Below are positions 36,503 to 46,451 of a stretch of DNA of 51,530 nucleotides, in pieces. The DNA is from a virus (Duplodnaviria > Caudoviricetes): positions 1 through 51,530 of IMG/VR virus record IMGVR_UViG_3300015360_000058; one strand, given 5' to 3'. A program made the translations under genes and the position numbers. Within the stretch, counting starts at the first letter, position 1. Each line of letters starts with the position of its first letter. A model generated the notes under the pieces. That model made no database searches and was not told the origin of the DNA. It worked only from the letters and a program-made list of their open reading frames with translations.

Positions 36503-37302
36503 AGCTATTCATGTCAATTTTTTGCCTTACCGTCGCCGCCGAAACCGCGCACTGCCAAGACAACGTCGACCGCGCCGACGACGCCCCTATCGAGGCCGAC
36601 TATCGGACAGCGGCACACTACCGATTTTCTCGTGTCGACGTGTGGTTTGAAAACAGAAGGCGAGCTGGAACGGTCGACGTCGAAGCTATACAAAAGGCCG
36701 TGGTCCGAGACCTCGGCGAGCCGACAAAGTTGCCGTCAGCCAAACGCCTTGACGCTGTCGTTGAAAGCACGATTCACCGAGGCGCTGCCGCCCTTAGAGA
36801 GATGGGAGAAGGCACAGAGGCCGACCGTATCGAAGCCGAGTACGCCGTGGCTTATACCGGTTACTTTGTTAGACAGTATGAGAATGGCGGTATACCGGTC
36901 GAGATCGGCGACCACGCGCCGCTTAACCTTTGGTTGGAGTTGGTCCACGCCGCCTTGCACATTAAACTTGGCGACGACCTTTGTCGGTATCTCCACGTCC
37001 ACGATCTGTTCATTGTGAACTTCGCCGTGCCGGTAGTGTTTAACCCAAAGCGTTACGACCTCTTAGACTACAAAGACCACTTTGCAGGTCATCCGCTTTC
37101 CGCTTGGAAATGGGAACACCATGGTCTTGCTGGCGTCGTCACGTTTTGGGCCGTAAATATTACGTGCGGTGCAGCAACTTTCGGCATGGGACTCGTGACG
37201 TTTGCTTGCTCACCGATAGCTGGGCTTGCCGAATCCGTGATGGACAGGCGCATTGCGCCGCCCGTCGCCGAAAGGGTTTGGAAGCGCTCGAACGCGAGGT
37301 AA
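36487..37302 (+). CDS. Putative exported protein
   Basis: N-terminal signal peptide; His-rich core; C-terminal Cys-flanked hydrophobic hairpin. Confidence 0.55.
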   Translation: MQQKIKLFMSIFCLTVAAETAHCQDNVDRADDAPIEADYRTAAHYRFSRVDVWFENRRRAGTVDVEAIQKAVVRDLGEPTKLPSAKRLDAVVESTIHRGAAALREMGEGTEADRIEAEYAVAYTGYFVRQYENGGIPVEIGDHAPLNLWLELVHAALHIKLGDDLCRYLHVHDLFIVNFAVPVVFNPKRYDLLDYKDHFAGHPLSAWKWEHHGLAGVVTFWAVNITCGAATFGMGLVTFACSPIAGLAESVMDRRIAPPVAERVWKRSNAR

Positions 37303-37332
37303 AAAAATAGGCACCAATTAAATTGATGCCTA
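37301..37332 (-). terminator. Terminator of the antisense protease operon
   Basis: Minus strand TAGGCATCAAT-TTA-ATTGGTGCCTA followed by T7. Confidence 0.65.
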
Positions 37333-37368
37333 CCCAGGGAAGTGAAAAATGAAATTCATACCCCTATT

Positions 37369-38280
37369 TTATTTCATGCCTAAGTGTTCTTGCAAGTCTT
37401 CTATACCGTCGACCACGGCGTAGGCGGCGTAGTTACCTATCCCGTTACACTTAGAGCCGTCGCGTGCCTTGTAGGCTATCCTCATATAGCCTTTTTCTCC
37501 CCAACCCTTACCCCAACTGTTACGCATAAGCCAGTAACCGCCGCCGCCGTACTTCGCGTCGTCGACCCAGCCGTCTAGGACTGTCATGTGGTTAGTAGAC
37601 GACGATCCGCAGGCTGTAAAAACTCCGCTCTTGTAGCTTTGAAAAGCTCCGCTACCGTCCACATCCACGGCGACGGGACCGTGCTTTAATATAGCCGCCT
37701 TGATTTGGTCGGTCGACGCACCGTGTTTATCGCCGACGTAGGCCCACCGCGTAACGGTCGCGACGGCTTTACCGCCCGCCTTACACGCCGAGTTGCGCGC
37801 GAGGTAGGGGTCAAAAGACTCGTCTGGGACGCCAACTTTTATGCAGTTAAACGCGGTAAAAAAACCACCGGAACACGTGCCCTCGTTACAGCAACTTGAC
37901 ACGAGGTGTTGCTCTGAAAAGTCGACCCGATCTTGAATAGGCTTAGTGATGCGGGTAAGACTTTCCACGACAGCGACCGTCGCGAAACTCCAACAGCTAC
38001 CGCAGCCGCCTTGATTTCGTATCGGCTGTAGGCGAGCCTCGTCGTTCCAGTCGTAAGAATTAGGTAATGTTTCCATCGTCGCTACGACGTCGAACTCGGC
38101 GGTTTCCTGCCACCCCTCGGCCGGATGCGACAGGCCGGTCGCGTAGGTCGTTTCGTTGTCGCTTTCGGGAGGATTTTTAGGAGCTACTGGAAGATTGTAA
38201 GGATGCATTTCGTTATTAATAACAACGTAACCGCACGCCGAAACCACAATGCTTAAAACTAAATAATATAAGTATTTCAT
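37369..38280 (-). CDS. Papain-family (C1A) cysteine protease with lipoprotein signal
   Basis: QGGCGSCWSF, SEQHLV, NHM, RNSWG..WGE.GY; VVSAC lipobox. Confidence 0.93.
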   Translation of the reverse strand: MKYLYYLVLSIVVSACGYVVINNEMHPYNLPVAPKNPPESDNETTYATGLSHPAEGWQETAEFDVVATMETLPNSYDWNDEARLQPIRNQGGCGSCWSFATVAVVESLTRITKPIQDRVDFSEQHLVSSCCNEGTCSGGFFTAFNCIKVGVPDESFDPYLARNSACKAGGKAVATVTRWAYVGDKHGASTDQIKAAILKHGPVAVDVDGSGAFQSYKSGVFTACGSSSTNHMTVLDGWVDDAKYGGGGYWLMRNSWGKGWGEKGYMRIAYKARDGSKCNGIGNYAAYAVVDGIEDLQEHLGMK

Positions 38281-38286
38281 AACCGA

Positions 38287-39144
38287 TTACTCCTGAAGTT
38301 CCGACGCGACTTGACAGGAAAAAAGTTCGCTGTATTTCTTACGGCAACCTTCCGGGTCTGTCAAAGAAAGGCGCGGGTTTCCATAGACACACTGGTTTAC
38401 GTTTACCAAGGTTTGAGCGCACCAAGGCGGCACGGGCGAGGGGTCTGGTTGCGCAGCTCCGCGACAATTTTCTGCGTCGACAGCAACGCCGCAAATTTTA
38501 ACGTTGTTTTCAACCGACCACGAAACGTAAAAATCACGCGCCGTCTTCGTGTAAACTGCCGGCAGGTAGGACGTCTCCCTGATGTCGCCTCGACTGTTGA
38601 TGCCTGCGATTTTATAGACTCCGTCGGCTCCTTTAAAAAACGCAGACCCGCCGGAGTCGCCAAAGCACAACGCCGCGTTTCCTTTCGTCACGATATCGTT
38701 GTCGCCGCTAGGAAGTTTAACGACAGGAGCTTCGCCGATACGAAACACGTCGTCGCTACCGCCGCCGCCGCCAGATTGTACGCAACCCATACCGGCTAGA
38801 AGGAGCTTAGTTCCGACCTTAATTTCGTCGCCGTTAGTCATAACGCTTTCGTAGAAGGCTACTTTAACGTCGTCCGAAAAAACGCACAGAGCGTAGTCTG
38901 AAGTAGCGTCGGTTTTATAGTTTTTGTGGTGAGTGCAGGTAGCTATTTTTTTAACGCCTTCGACCGTAATACTTGCGGTTCGACCGTTGCCGACGCAGTG
39001 GGCGGCCAGTTGGAGCACCCGACTGCCGAGTAGTGTACCAGTACATCGACTGTTGCCTTGGCTTGTTGTAAAGCTAGCAGGCCAATCTTTACGGTCTGCG
39101 GGCGCCCCACCTATAAGTGTAGGGTAGATTGGCGCTTCTAACAT
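38287..39144 (-). CDS. Trypsin-family (S1) serine protease, catalytic part
   Basis: LIGG mature start, CTGTL, AAHC, DYAL, CFGDSGG. Confidence 0.92.
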   Translation of the reverse strand: MLEAPIYPTLIGGAPADRKDWPASFTTSQGNSRCTGTLLGSRVLQLAAHCVGNGRTASITVEGVKKIATCTHHKNYKTDATSDYALCVFSDDVKVAFYESVMTNGDEIKVGTKLLLAGMGCVQSGGGGGSDDVFRIGEAPVVKLPSGDNDIVTKGNAALCFGDSGGSAFFKGADGVYKIAGINSRGDIRETSYLPAVYTKTARDFYVSWSVENNVKICGVAVDAENCRGAAQPDPSPVPPWCAQTLVNVNQCVYGNPRLSLTDPEGCRKKYSELFSCQVASELQE

Positions 39145-39304
39145 TAAATAAATTCAGGCCGCCTTCGTTGACAATTAATCCAGATTCGGTCATGCGCCAT
39201 TTTTCTATCTTACTAAAGTCTTCGTCTTGGGTTTGATGTTTTTGAACAACCCCGCAAGCGACGACTACTGCGGGCACGGCAAATAGAACGCGGTAAAATT
39301 TCAT
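39089..39304 (-). CDS. Lipoprotein signal / pro-region of the S1 protease, out of frame
   Basis: GGGAG RBS, MKFYRVLFAVPAVVVAC lipobox; overlaps protease start in an adjacent frame. Confidence 0.6.
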   Translation of the reverse strand: MKFYRVLFAVPAVVVACGVVQKHQTQDEDFSKIEKWRMTESGLIVNEGGLNLFNVRSANLPYTYRWGARRP

Positions 39305-39371
39305 TGGATAGATCTCCCAGTGTGTTTGGTGATAAGATTGTCTTTCACGGACAATGCTACCATGTGAGTCT

Positions 39372-40760
39372 ATGGATACCAAAAAAATCATAGAAATAAA
39401 CCCGCCGGTTCCTCATTCAATTAAGCAACAGTTAATTATGGGCGGGTTTCTTATACCAGGCTTGACAGAAATCGTTGTTTGTTGCGGTACAAAATTCGGA
39501 AAAACGCTGGGAGCTACGTCCGGCCTTGTTAACGCGGCAATTAGTCGACCGCAAACTAGGTGGCGGTGGGTCGCCCCTATTTACGAGCAGTCTAAGATTG
39601 GTTTCAATTACGTTCAAAAAATGATGCCACCCGAACCGCACGCAATATGCCGTCGAGGAAACCTAGAGGTCGAGTTACCTAGTACCGACACCATGATAAA
39701 ATTCCACCACGCCGGCGACCCTGTCTCCTTAGAAGGTGCGGCCATTCACGGTTACGTTTTCGACGAGGCCGCAAAGATGCACGAAGATATCTACGCTTCG
39801 GCTAAGACGACGCGAACTGTTACCCGTGGTCCTATGATGTTTATCTCGACCCCTTACGGCAAGAACTGGTTCTACCGCCTAGCTATGTCGGCGAAACAAG
39901 AAATGATCAGGGCGCGTCAAGAGAAGAGACTACCGACAAAGCTATTTATTAGAGCGACGACTGCAGACAACCCGAACGTCCCGCGCGAGTCTATCGAAGA
40001 GGCTCAGCGAGAACTCCCGGCGCGGTTGTTTCGCCAATACTACCTCGCCGAGTTTGTCGACGACGGCTCCGTGTTTACGGGTTACAACCAGTGTATCGAC
40101 GGGCCGCATATAGATCTCTTCGGCGAGCAGCAACATTGGTTTCACTCCGAGGCTAGAGAATCTAACGTCGTAATAGGCGTCGACTGGGCGAAGATGAAAG
40201 ACTGGACAGTCTTTTTTGCTATCTCTATCGAGAACGGAAAGAGGCGGATCGTCGGCTTTGAGCGCTTTCACTTAAAGTCATACACGGAGGCTATACGGCA
40301 GCTCGTGCGGTTTTCTTCGAAGTTTAAAAGTATTGAAATGATCTATCACGACAAGACAGGGGTCGGCATGGCGATCGACGATCAGCTAGCCTATACGGGC
40401 CTACCCTATATAGGGATCACGTTTACGAATGCTACGAAAAGCGAAATGGTCAACAAACTTATGACGGCCTTCGAGCAACAGGCTATCATTATCCCTAGAT
40501 GGAACGTCTTACTTTCAGAAATCGAAACCTTCGAGGTTACGGTTAGCGCGATGGGAACCATGCGCTACGAGGCCTCAAAAGGTGGGCACGACGACACCGT
40601 GTGTGCTTTGATGTTAGCAAACGAAGCGGCAGCGCAGTACGGAGAGCGGGATATGAACGTTAAATTTCTTGAGGACTTACCGTTCCTTAGAAAAGATAAC
40701 ATCCTAACGTCTACTATTGAGGCATACTATCAGGATATTATAGAAGACGACGAAGATTAA
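39372..40760 (+). CDS. terL: Terminase large subunit
   Basis: Walker A GTKFGKT, Walker B VFDEAA, ISTP.G.NWF, IGVDWA, HDDTVCA. Confidence 0.93.
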   Translation: MDTKKIIEINPPVPHSIKQQLIMGGFLIPGLTEIVVCCGTKFGKTLGATSGLVNAAISRPQTRWRWVAPIYEQSKIGFNYVQKMMPPEPHAICRRGNLEVELPSTDTMIKFHHAGDPVSLEGAAIHGYVFDEAAKMHEDIYASAKTTRTVTRGPMMFISTPYGKNWFYRLAMSAKQEMIRARQEKRLPTKLFIRATTADNPNVPRESIEEAQRELPARLFRQYYLAEFVDDGSVFTGYNQCIDGPHIDLFGEQQHWFHSEARESNVVIGVDWAKMKDWTVFFAISIENGKRRIVGFERFHLKSYTEAIRQLVRFSSKFKSIEMIYHDKTGVGMAIDDQLAYTGLPYIGITFTNATKSEMVNKLMTAFEQQAIIIPRWNVLLSEIETFEVTVSAMGTMRYEASKGGHDDTVCALMLANEAAAQYGERDMNVKFLEDLPFLRKDNILTSTIEAYYQDIIEDDED

Positions 40761-40781
40761 AAAAGTAGGAGACACACGCGA

Positions 40782-43061
40782 ATGTCAAGGAAGACAACGA
40801 GTGGCGCTAAGAGAACTATCAACCCCAAAGAGGTTGATAATCTTTATCGGCAAGTTTTAGACGCCAGCGAACAAAAAGAATATAACCTCGCCGAAAAGTA
40901 CGGCAACGAAGACGCGTCCGGCGTCTGGTCGCCCGAGCCTAAGGTCGTCCTAGAGACGCAGACCCTTAAGAGCCTCGTGACGAACGAGGACTGGGTCTAT
41001 ATTTGCTGCGACAAAATAGCGTCACGCATCGCCGCGCAGCCACTAATGGTTATGCGTAAGGTCGTCAAGAACGGTAAGAAAACTACTGAAAACGTGGATA
41101 ATCCCGTCGTTCAAGCTATGCTCGAAAACCCTAACGACTACCAGACCTACTATCAGTGGATGTATTCGACTATCATGGACCTCGTAGCTATCGGTAACTC
41201 GGTTACGTGGATCGCCTTCGTGTCGAAACAGTTAGTTCACATCCCTATTGAAACAATTTTTATCGACGTCGACGCCACGAAAAACGGTATCCGGTCTTAT
41301 AAAGTTACAGCCGGATCTCAGCAAGATTACCCCAACCTTAAGTCGGCGATCAGTATACCGCCGCAACAAATCTGTCACGCTCGTCGACCTAATCCGTCGT
41401 CGATGATTTGGGGTTTATCGCCTTTTATTCCAGGAAAAAAGTCGGTTCTATTTAACCGCTATACGTCCGAATACCTTAACAGTTACTACCTGAAGGGTGC
41501 GCAGCCGGGTCTCGCCCTTGAGATGTCGAACGACGCGAACGAGAAGATGGCGCTCCGCCTCCTGCGCTCTTTTGAGATGGCGCACACGGGCCGTAAAAAC
41601 CAGCGCCGTAACCTCATCCTACCCAAGGGCGTAACGGTCAAGGACGTTAGCCACAAGCTTGCCGACCAGCAATTAAAAGACTACTGGCTACTTAACCGCG
41701 AGACGATCATCAACCTTCTCGGTATCCCTAAGCACGAGTTCTCTATCCAGGAGGCGGGAAGCCTCGGGAGTGAAGAATATAAAACAGCTCTTAAAAACTT
41801 TTGGTCTGGGACACTTCGCAGCACGATGAACCTCGTCTCGCAGTCGTTGACTAAGACGATGAAACCTCTGCTCAAAGAAGACGAATTTTTGGAGTTTGAC
41901 CTAACCGACGTCGACGTGCTGCAAGAAGATAAGATGACTAAAGCTATGTTAGCGCAGTCGATGCTCGCGACGCACACGGTAGACGAAATACGTGCCGAGC
42001 TTTACGAGTTAGGACCACGGCCAGTGTCGGCTTATCAACCTCCTACGTTCGGCGGGCAACAAACACTTGCCGCAGAGCCGCCAATCGACGAAAACAAAGC
42101 TATCGACACGGCTGAAACCAAGGACGCGCGCACGACCAACATCGAACGCCTCGACACTATCCTAAAGTCTAACGGCGATTGGTGGTCGCAGCGAGAAGAG
42201 ATGGTCCAGCGCGCCGTCGACAAGACGTCTGAAAAGCTCGCCGTCGTGGTTAAAGGTATTTTCTCAGACGTGGCCGCCGACCTCGTCAATGTTATTAAAA
42301 GCCAGGCCAAGAAAAAAGATACAGACCCGAAGTACGGCATCCCGTCGAAGACTGAACTTCGTCGTCGGTTAAAAAATTCTTCCCTTAAATTTGAGGAACA
42401 GTATATCGACGAGGTCACTAAGGCCCTCATTGCGCAAGTTGAGCTTGGCTACGACGCGGCCCTCGTGCTACCGTTTAATCTTCCCAACCCTGCCGAGCTA
42501 GAAGCCATCCGTGTGCGTAACGCAGACGGTCGCCGCGAAAGCCTACGTGCGCGCGGGCTGGACACGTTCTCAAACATGTCGAAAACCACGACCGAGCGCG
42601 TCATGCAAGCGGTTGAAGACGGCATTGCCAACGGTTTAACACTAGACGAAGTCGTTAAAAACGTAACCGATTCACTAGCAGGAGAAGCCTCGGCGAGTCG
42701 CATCGAGACTATCGTACGCACGGAAACCCTTACAGCAACTTCGTTAGGACAAGCCGCCGCCATGGACGACGCAGCGAAACTAATACCTAACCTTAAAAAA
42801 GCTTGGGTCAACGCCGGCGACGACCGCGTTCGTGGTCTTGGATCAAAAGACCAGGCCGACCATTGGTCGATGCAGGGTCAAATGGTAGACTACGACAAAC
42901 CGTTCGTCGACCCGCGAAGCAACGCAAAAATGATGTTTCCTCGCGATCCGCAAGGCGGACCTGGTGACGTCATAAATTGTAGGTGTACGTTTATTATGAT
43001 CCCTGGCGACGAGGCAGACCGTGCCGGGTTGTCAGATTTACAAAGCGAAGTAACCGTATAA
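40782..43061 (+). CDS. HK97-type portal protein fused to MuF (SPP1 gp7-like) domain
   Basis: Portal motifs (VY.C...IA..IA, L.NPN..Q, GLSP) then RIETIVRTE, KAW...GD.RVR..H, INCRC. Confidence 0.88.
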   Translation: MSRKTTSGAKRTINPKEVDNLYRQVLDASEQKEYNLAEKYGNEDASGVWSPEPKVVLETQTLKSLVTNEDWVYICCDKIASRIAAQPLMVMRKVVKNGKKTTENVDNPVVQAMLENPNDYQTYYQWMYSTIMDLVAIGNSVTWIAFVSKQLVHIPIETIFIDVDATKNGIRSYKVTAGSQQDYPNLKSAISIPPQQICHARRPNPSSMIWGLSPFIPGKKSVLFNRYTSEYLNSYYLKGAQPGLALEMSNDANEKMALRLLRSFEMAHTGRKNQRRNLILPKGVTVKDVSHKLADQQLKDYWLLNRETIINLLGIPKHEFSIQEAGSLGSEEYKTALKNFWSGTLRSTMNLVSQSLTKTMKPLLKEDEFLEFDLTDVDVLQEDKMTKAMLAQSMLATHTVDEIRAELYELGPRPVSAYQPPTFGGQQTLAAEPPIDENKAIDTAETKDARTTNIERLDTILKSNGDWWSQREEMVQRAVDKTSEKLAVVVKGIFSDVAADLVNVIKSQAKKKDTDPKYGIPSKTELRRRLKNSSLKFEEQYIDEVTKALIAQVELGYDAALVLPFNLPNPAELEAIRVRNADGRRESLRARGLDTFSNMSKTTTERVMQAVEDGIANGLTLDEVVKNVTDSLAGEASASRIETIVRTETLTATSLGQAAAMDDAAKLIPNLKKAWVNAGDDRVRGLGSKDQADHWSMQGQMVDYDKPFVDPRSNAKMMFPRDPQGGPGDVINCRCTFIMIPGDEADRAGLSDLQSEVTV

Positions 43062-43075
43062 AGGAGGTTTAAAGG

Positions 43076-44236
43076 ATGAGTTCTAAGTTAAACGACAAGG
43101 GCGCGATGAAGACCCTACCCATAACTTTTAAGATTAAAGACGTCGCCGAAGACGGCGGCGATACCGTCATCGAAGGATGGGCCAACAAGGCTATCGTCGA
43201 CCGAGGTAACGACCTGTTAAAAAAGTCTTCGTGGGACCTTAAGAACTTTAACAAAAACCCGATCATTCTTTTCAACCACGACAAGGATAAGCCGATCGGT
43301 CGCGCGCTAGGGATCGAGGCCACCGACGAGGGCCTTTACATCAAGGCGCGTATCAGCAAGTCGAAAGACCCGATGGTCTCCTACGTTAGGGATATGATTA
43401 AAGAAGGCATCCTTAACGCCTTCTCAGTCGGCTTCGACGCGAGCGAAGAGGTTAAAGACGAAAGCGGGGTAAACAACATCACGCGTGCTGAACTCTACGA
43501 AGTGTCGGTCGTTACGATGCCGATGAACCAAGATTCACTTTTCAGCCTAACGTCGAAAGACCTTAAGGTTGGTTCTTACAAGGAAGCGAGGTCGATCGTG
43601 CTGAAAGCTATGGGCGCCGACTGTGCGGCGGAAGTTCACAAGGGACTAGAGGACAAGGGTATCGACAAGCAAGGTGCCATGGAGATGGTGGCCGAGGCGT
43701 GCGCTTGCGACGTCGCGGAAGTTGCAAAGGCGATGGCAGGCGAAGTCAAGCCGATGCCTGAAAACATGGTCAAAGAGTTTGAAAAGATTTTAGGTATGGA
43801 GCCTGGAAGTCTCGGCGGAAACGCTTTAGACCCTGCCAACGAAAACCCACCTGAAGACGGCGAAATGCAGCAACAAGAGTCAGAAGTCGAAACGAAACCT
43901 TCAGAAGAAATGATTGCACCAGATGAAAAGTCTTTAGAATTCAAATCCCCGGTTGATCAAATTGGTGGCGACGACAATCCGTACCTACACCAAGCGAAAC
44001 AAACGAATCTTCTTTTGAGTACGCTTGTAATGGAAATTCAAAAACTACTCGCCGCCCTACAAGGCGCGATGGTCAAGCCTTCCGAGGCTGCGCAGATGTC
44101 GCGCGACATGCAAGAAACGCCTCCGCCGCCTGTCGCTCCAATAGAGGGAGAGCCAGAACCCGGTATGAAAAGAATTGACATTGTTTCGGAAAGATTAAAG
44201 ACTTTAGAACATAAGTTAAAAAGTTTGGGTGTATAA
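43076..44236 (+). CDS. HK97 prohead protease with long acidic C-terminal extension
   Basis: IEGWA, LFNHD...PIG, FSVGF, LYEVSVV..PMN. Confidence 0.9.
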   Translation: MSSKLNDKGAMKTLPITFKIKDVAEDGGDTVIEGWANKAIVDRGNDLLKKSSWDLKNFNKNPIILFNHDKDKPIGRALGIEATDEGLYIKARISKSKDPMVSYVRDMIKEGILNAFSVGFDASEEVKDESGVNNITRAELYEVSVVTMPMNQDSLFSLTSKDLKVGSYKEARSIVLKAMGADCAAEVHKGLEDKGIDKQGAMEMVAEACACDVAEVAKAMAGEVKPMPENMVKEFEKILGMEPGSLGGNALDPANENPPEDGEMQQQESEVETKPSEEMIAPDEKSLEFKSPVDQIGGDDNPYLHQAKQTNLLLSTLVMEIQKLLAALQGAMVKPSEAAQMSRDMQETPPPPVAPIEGEPEPGMKRIDIVSERLKTLEHKLKSLGV

Positions 44237-44300
44237 TAAACCAAAGAATCACAGTTTATCACGGATGATAAAACTATAAGTCCAAGGAGGACATAGAATT

Positions 44301-45698
44301 ATGAGTATTGAAAATGCGGCAAAAGACCTAGAAACTAAGGCCACCGAACTCGAGGCCCGTCTTGCTCAAGTCGAACAACGCGAGAAAGACCTCGCTGCTC
44401 AAATCGCTACCGGCGCGGCGTCACACGCTATCGTAGGCGAGCGTTCGAACAGCGACGAGCAAAGAGCACTTCGCGCGTTCGGCTGCAGTCACGTCAAGCA
44501 ATTGATGGACGTTAACGTTGGCGCTGAAAAATTCGCACGCGTGCCTGGCGAGTTAAAAGGCCTCGTCTTGAACCTTAAGCAAACTGTTGACGTTGCCCGC
44601 ATGACGGCTCAAATTTTCCACGGTGGAGAAAAAGACGTTGTCGGTACTAACGAATATATGGACCGCGTCGGCAAAGTGAAGTCGATCCTTTCGACTCGCT
44701 ACGGCAAAGACGAATTGGCTGCACGCCTTAAAGCGTTCGGTTCTACCGTTTCCGGCGCCGGCGACGAGTGGGTACCTACTCTAGTCTCTAGTCAGTACAT
44801 TCCTGAGTTTGAACTCGACTTTTTGCTTGAAGGCAAACTGAAACAAGTTGCTTTACCATCTGCTCCTTACGACATGCCTATTCAATCTGGCGTGACTATG
44901 GCTCGCAAGATCGCTGAAAACACAGCGGCAACTAGCGCAAATTTCGGCACAAGCAAGCTCACATTCAGCCCTATCAAGTCGGTTGAATACTACGTGATGC
45001 CTGAAGAACTAAGCGAAGACTCTGCTCCCGACATTCTTGCCGCTGCACGCGACGAAGTTGTTAAGGCTCAGATCCGCGCTTGGGAAAACGCAATCATCAA
45101 CGGCGACAACGACGGCACGCACATCGACTCCGATACCCAAGCTCTTGCAGCCGACGTGTCTGGCAAGTTTGTTAAAGGCCTTCGTCATCAAGCTCTTGCC
45201 AACAGCGCCAACGGTTCGACTATCAACTTTGCGGGCGGCGTAACTGTCGGCGCACTTCGTCAGCTTCGCGCTGCCATGAAGAAGTTCGGCGTTAGCCCGC
45301 TTGAGCTTATGTTTGTGTGCGGTCCCGCTGTCCACTCACAGTTGAGTACTCTCGACCAAGTGTCGACTTTCGAAAAATACGGCCCGATGGCTACTGTGCT
45401 TAAAGGCGCGTTGGCGGCCTACCAAGGTATCCCGATCTACGTCGCTGAGTTTGCAAGAGAAGACCTAAACGCGACTGGCGTTTACGACGGCGTGACAACC
45501 TCTAAAGGTGGTATAATTCTCATCAACAAAAGTCGTTGGTACGTCGGAACACGTCGCCCGATTAAAGTTAAGATTGAAGCCGACCAACCCGGCCAAGATC
45601 GCATGTTAATGGCGTCGTACCAACGCAAAGACTTCCAAGGAATGCCGCAGTCGGCTTCTGAAGTCTCGGTTGCCTACGGTTACAACATCTCTCTTTAA
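44301..45698 (+). CDS. Major capsid protein (HK97 fold)
   Basis: N-terminal coiled-coil delta domain, G.EWVP, AIINGD, GIPIYV; AAGGAGG RBS; follows protease. Confidence 0.9.
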   Translation: MSIENAAKDLETKATELEARLAQVEQREKDLAAQIATGAASHAIVGERSNSDEQRALRAFGCSHVKQLMDVNVGAEKFARVPGELKGLVLNLKQTVDVARMTAQIFHGGEKDVVGTNEYMDRVGKVKSILSTRYGKDELAARLKAFGSTVSGAGDEWVPTLVSSQYIPEFELDFLLEGKLKQVALPSAPYDMPIQSGVTMARKIAENTAATSANFGTSKLTFSPIKSVEYYVMPEELSEDSAPDILAAARDEVVKAQIRAWENAIINGDNDGTHIDSDTQALAADVSGKFVKGLRHQALANSANGSTINFAGGVTVGALRQLRAAMKKFGVSPLELMFVCGPAVHSQLSTLDQVSTFEKYGPMATVLKGALAAYQGIPIYVAEFAREDLNATGVYDGVTTSKGGIILINKSRWYVGTRRPIKVKIEADQPGQDRMLMASYQRKDFQGMPQSASEVSVAYGYNISL

Positions 45699-45721
45699 CG
45701 TTTTTATAGAATAGTCACCGG

Positions 45722-45755
45722 AGGCGGGGTAAGATTAAAAATCTCCCCGCCTTTT
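45722..45755 (+). terminator. Terminator after capsid gene
   Basis: AGGCGGGG...CCCCGCCT stem followed by TTT. Confidence 0.7.
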
Positions 45756-45782
45756 GTGTCGATTATCGGAGGCCGCGCGTCC

Positions 45783-46451
45783 ATGGTTCAACCATTGATA
45801 AGAGCCGAACTTTACGAAGCCATGACCGTCATGCCGTTGGCGATCCGTGGCCCTGGTACGTATAACCACAAGATGCAGATCGAGGGTGGAGGCCTACTTT
45901 CGACACTCTTCGTTAGGTCTTTCGACGTCGGCGCAACGGTTACAGTTAATTGGTACGAGTCGACGACCGGCGAAGACCAAGGCGAAGCGACGTTAATTAC
46001 TTCGCACACGATGCCGCCGGCAATGGCGGCTAATAAAATAACGTTGTCGAGTATTCATAACAAGCCTTACGCGGTTGTCACTATCGCCGGAGGGACTGTC
46101 GACTTCGGCCTTTACGCGACGGTTTACCCGGCCAGCGGAAGCTCTGTAATCACGGGCGACGTAAGTATCTTGGGTCTAAAAAACGGTGGGCGAGTGACCG
46201 AGGTCACGTTGAACTCCGTTACGTGGACCGCGCTTCCGGCTGCCGCGCTGACTGACCGAAATGCTATAGCAGTTCAAAACATGTCGGCTACTGAGGTCAA
46301 AGTAAACTACGACTCTACAACGGTTGGCTACGTCGGAATGGCGATCCTCGCAAGCGGCGGCGAGCGCCAGTATGATATTCAAGATGACATAATTCTTTAC
46401 GGCAAAAGCGCAGCTGGTAGCGTGAGCGTCAACGTAGAGGAAATAGCATGA
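45783..46451 (+). CDS. Putative virion structural protein
   Basis: GGAGG RBS; beta-rich two-domain ORF after capsid gene. Confidence 0.5.
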   Translation: MVQPLIRAELYEAMTVMPLAIRGPGTYNHKMQIEGGGLLSTLFVRSFDVGATVTVNWYESTTGEDQGEATLITSHTMPPAMAANKITLSSIHNKPYAVVTIAGGTVDFGLYATVYPASGSSVITGDVSILGLKNGGRVTEVTLNSVTWTALPAAALTDRNAIAVQNMSATEVKVNYDSTTVGYVGMAILASGGERQYDIQDDIILYGKSAAGSVSVNVEEIA

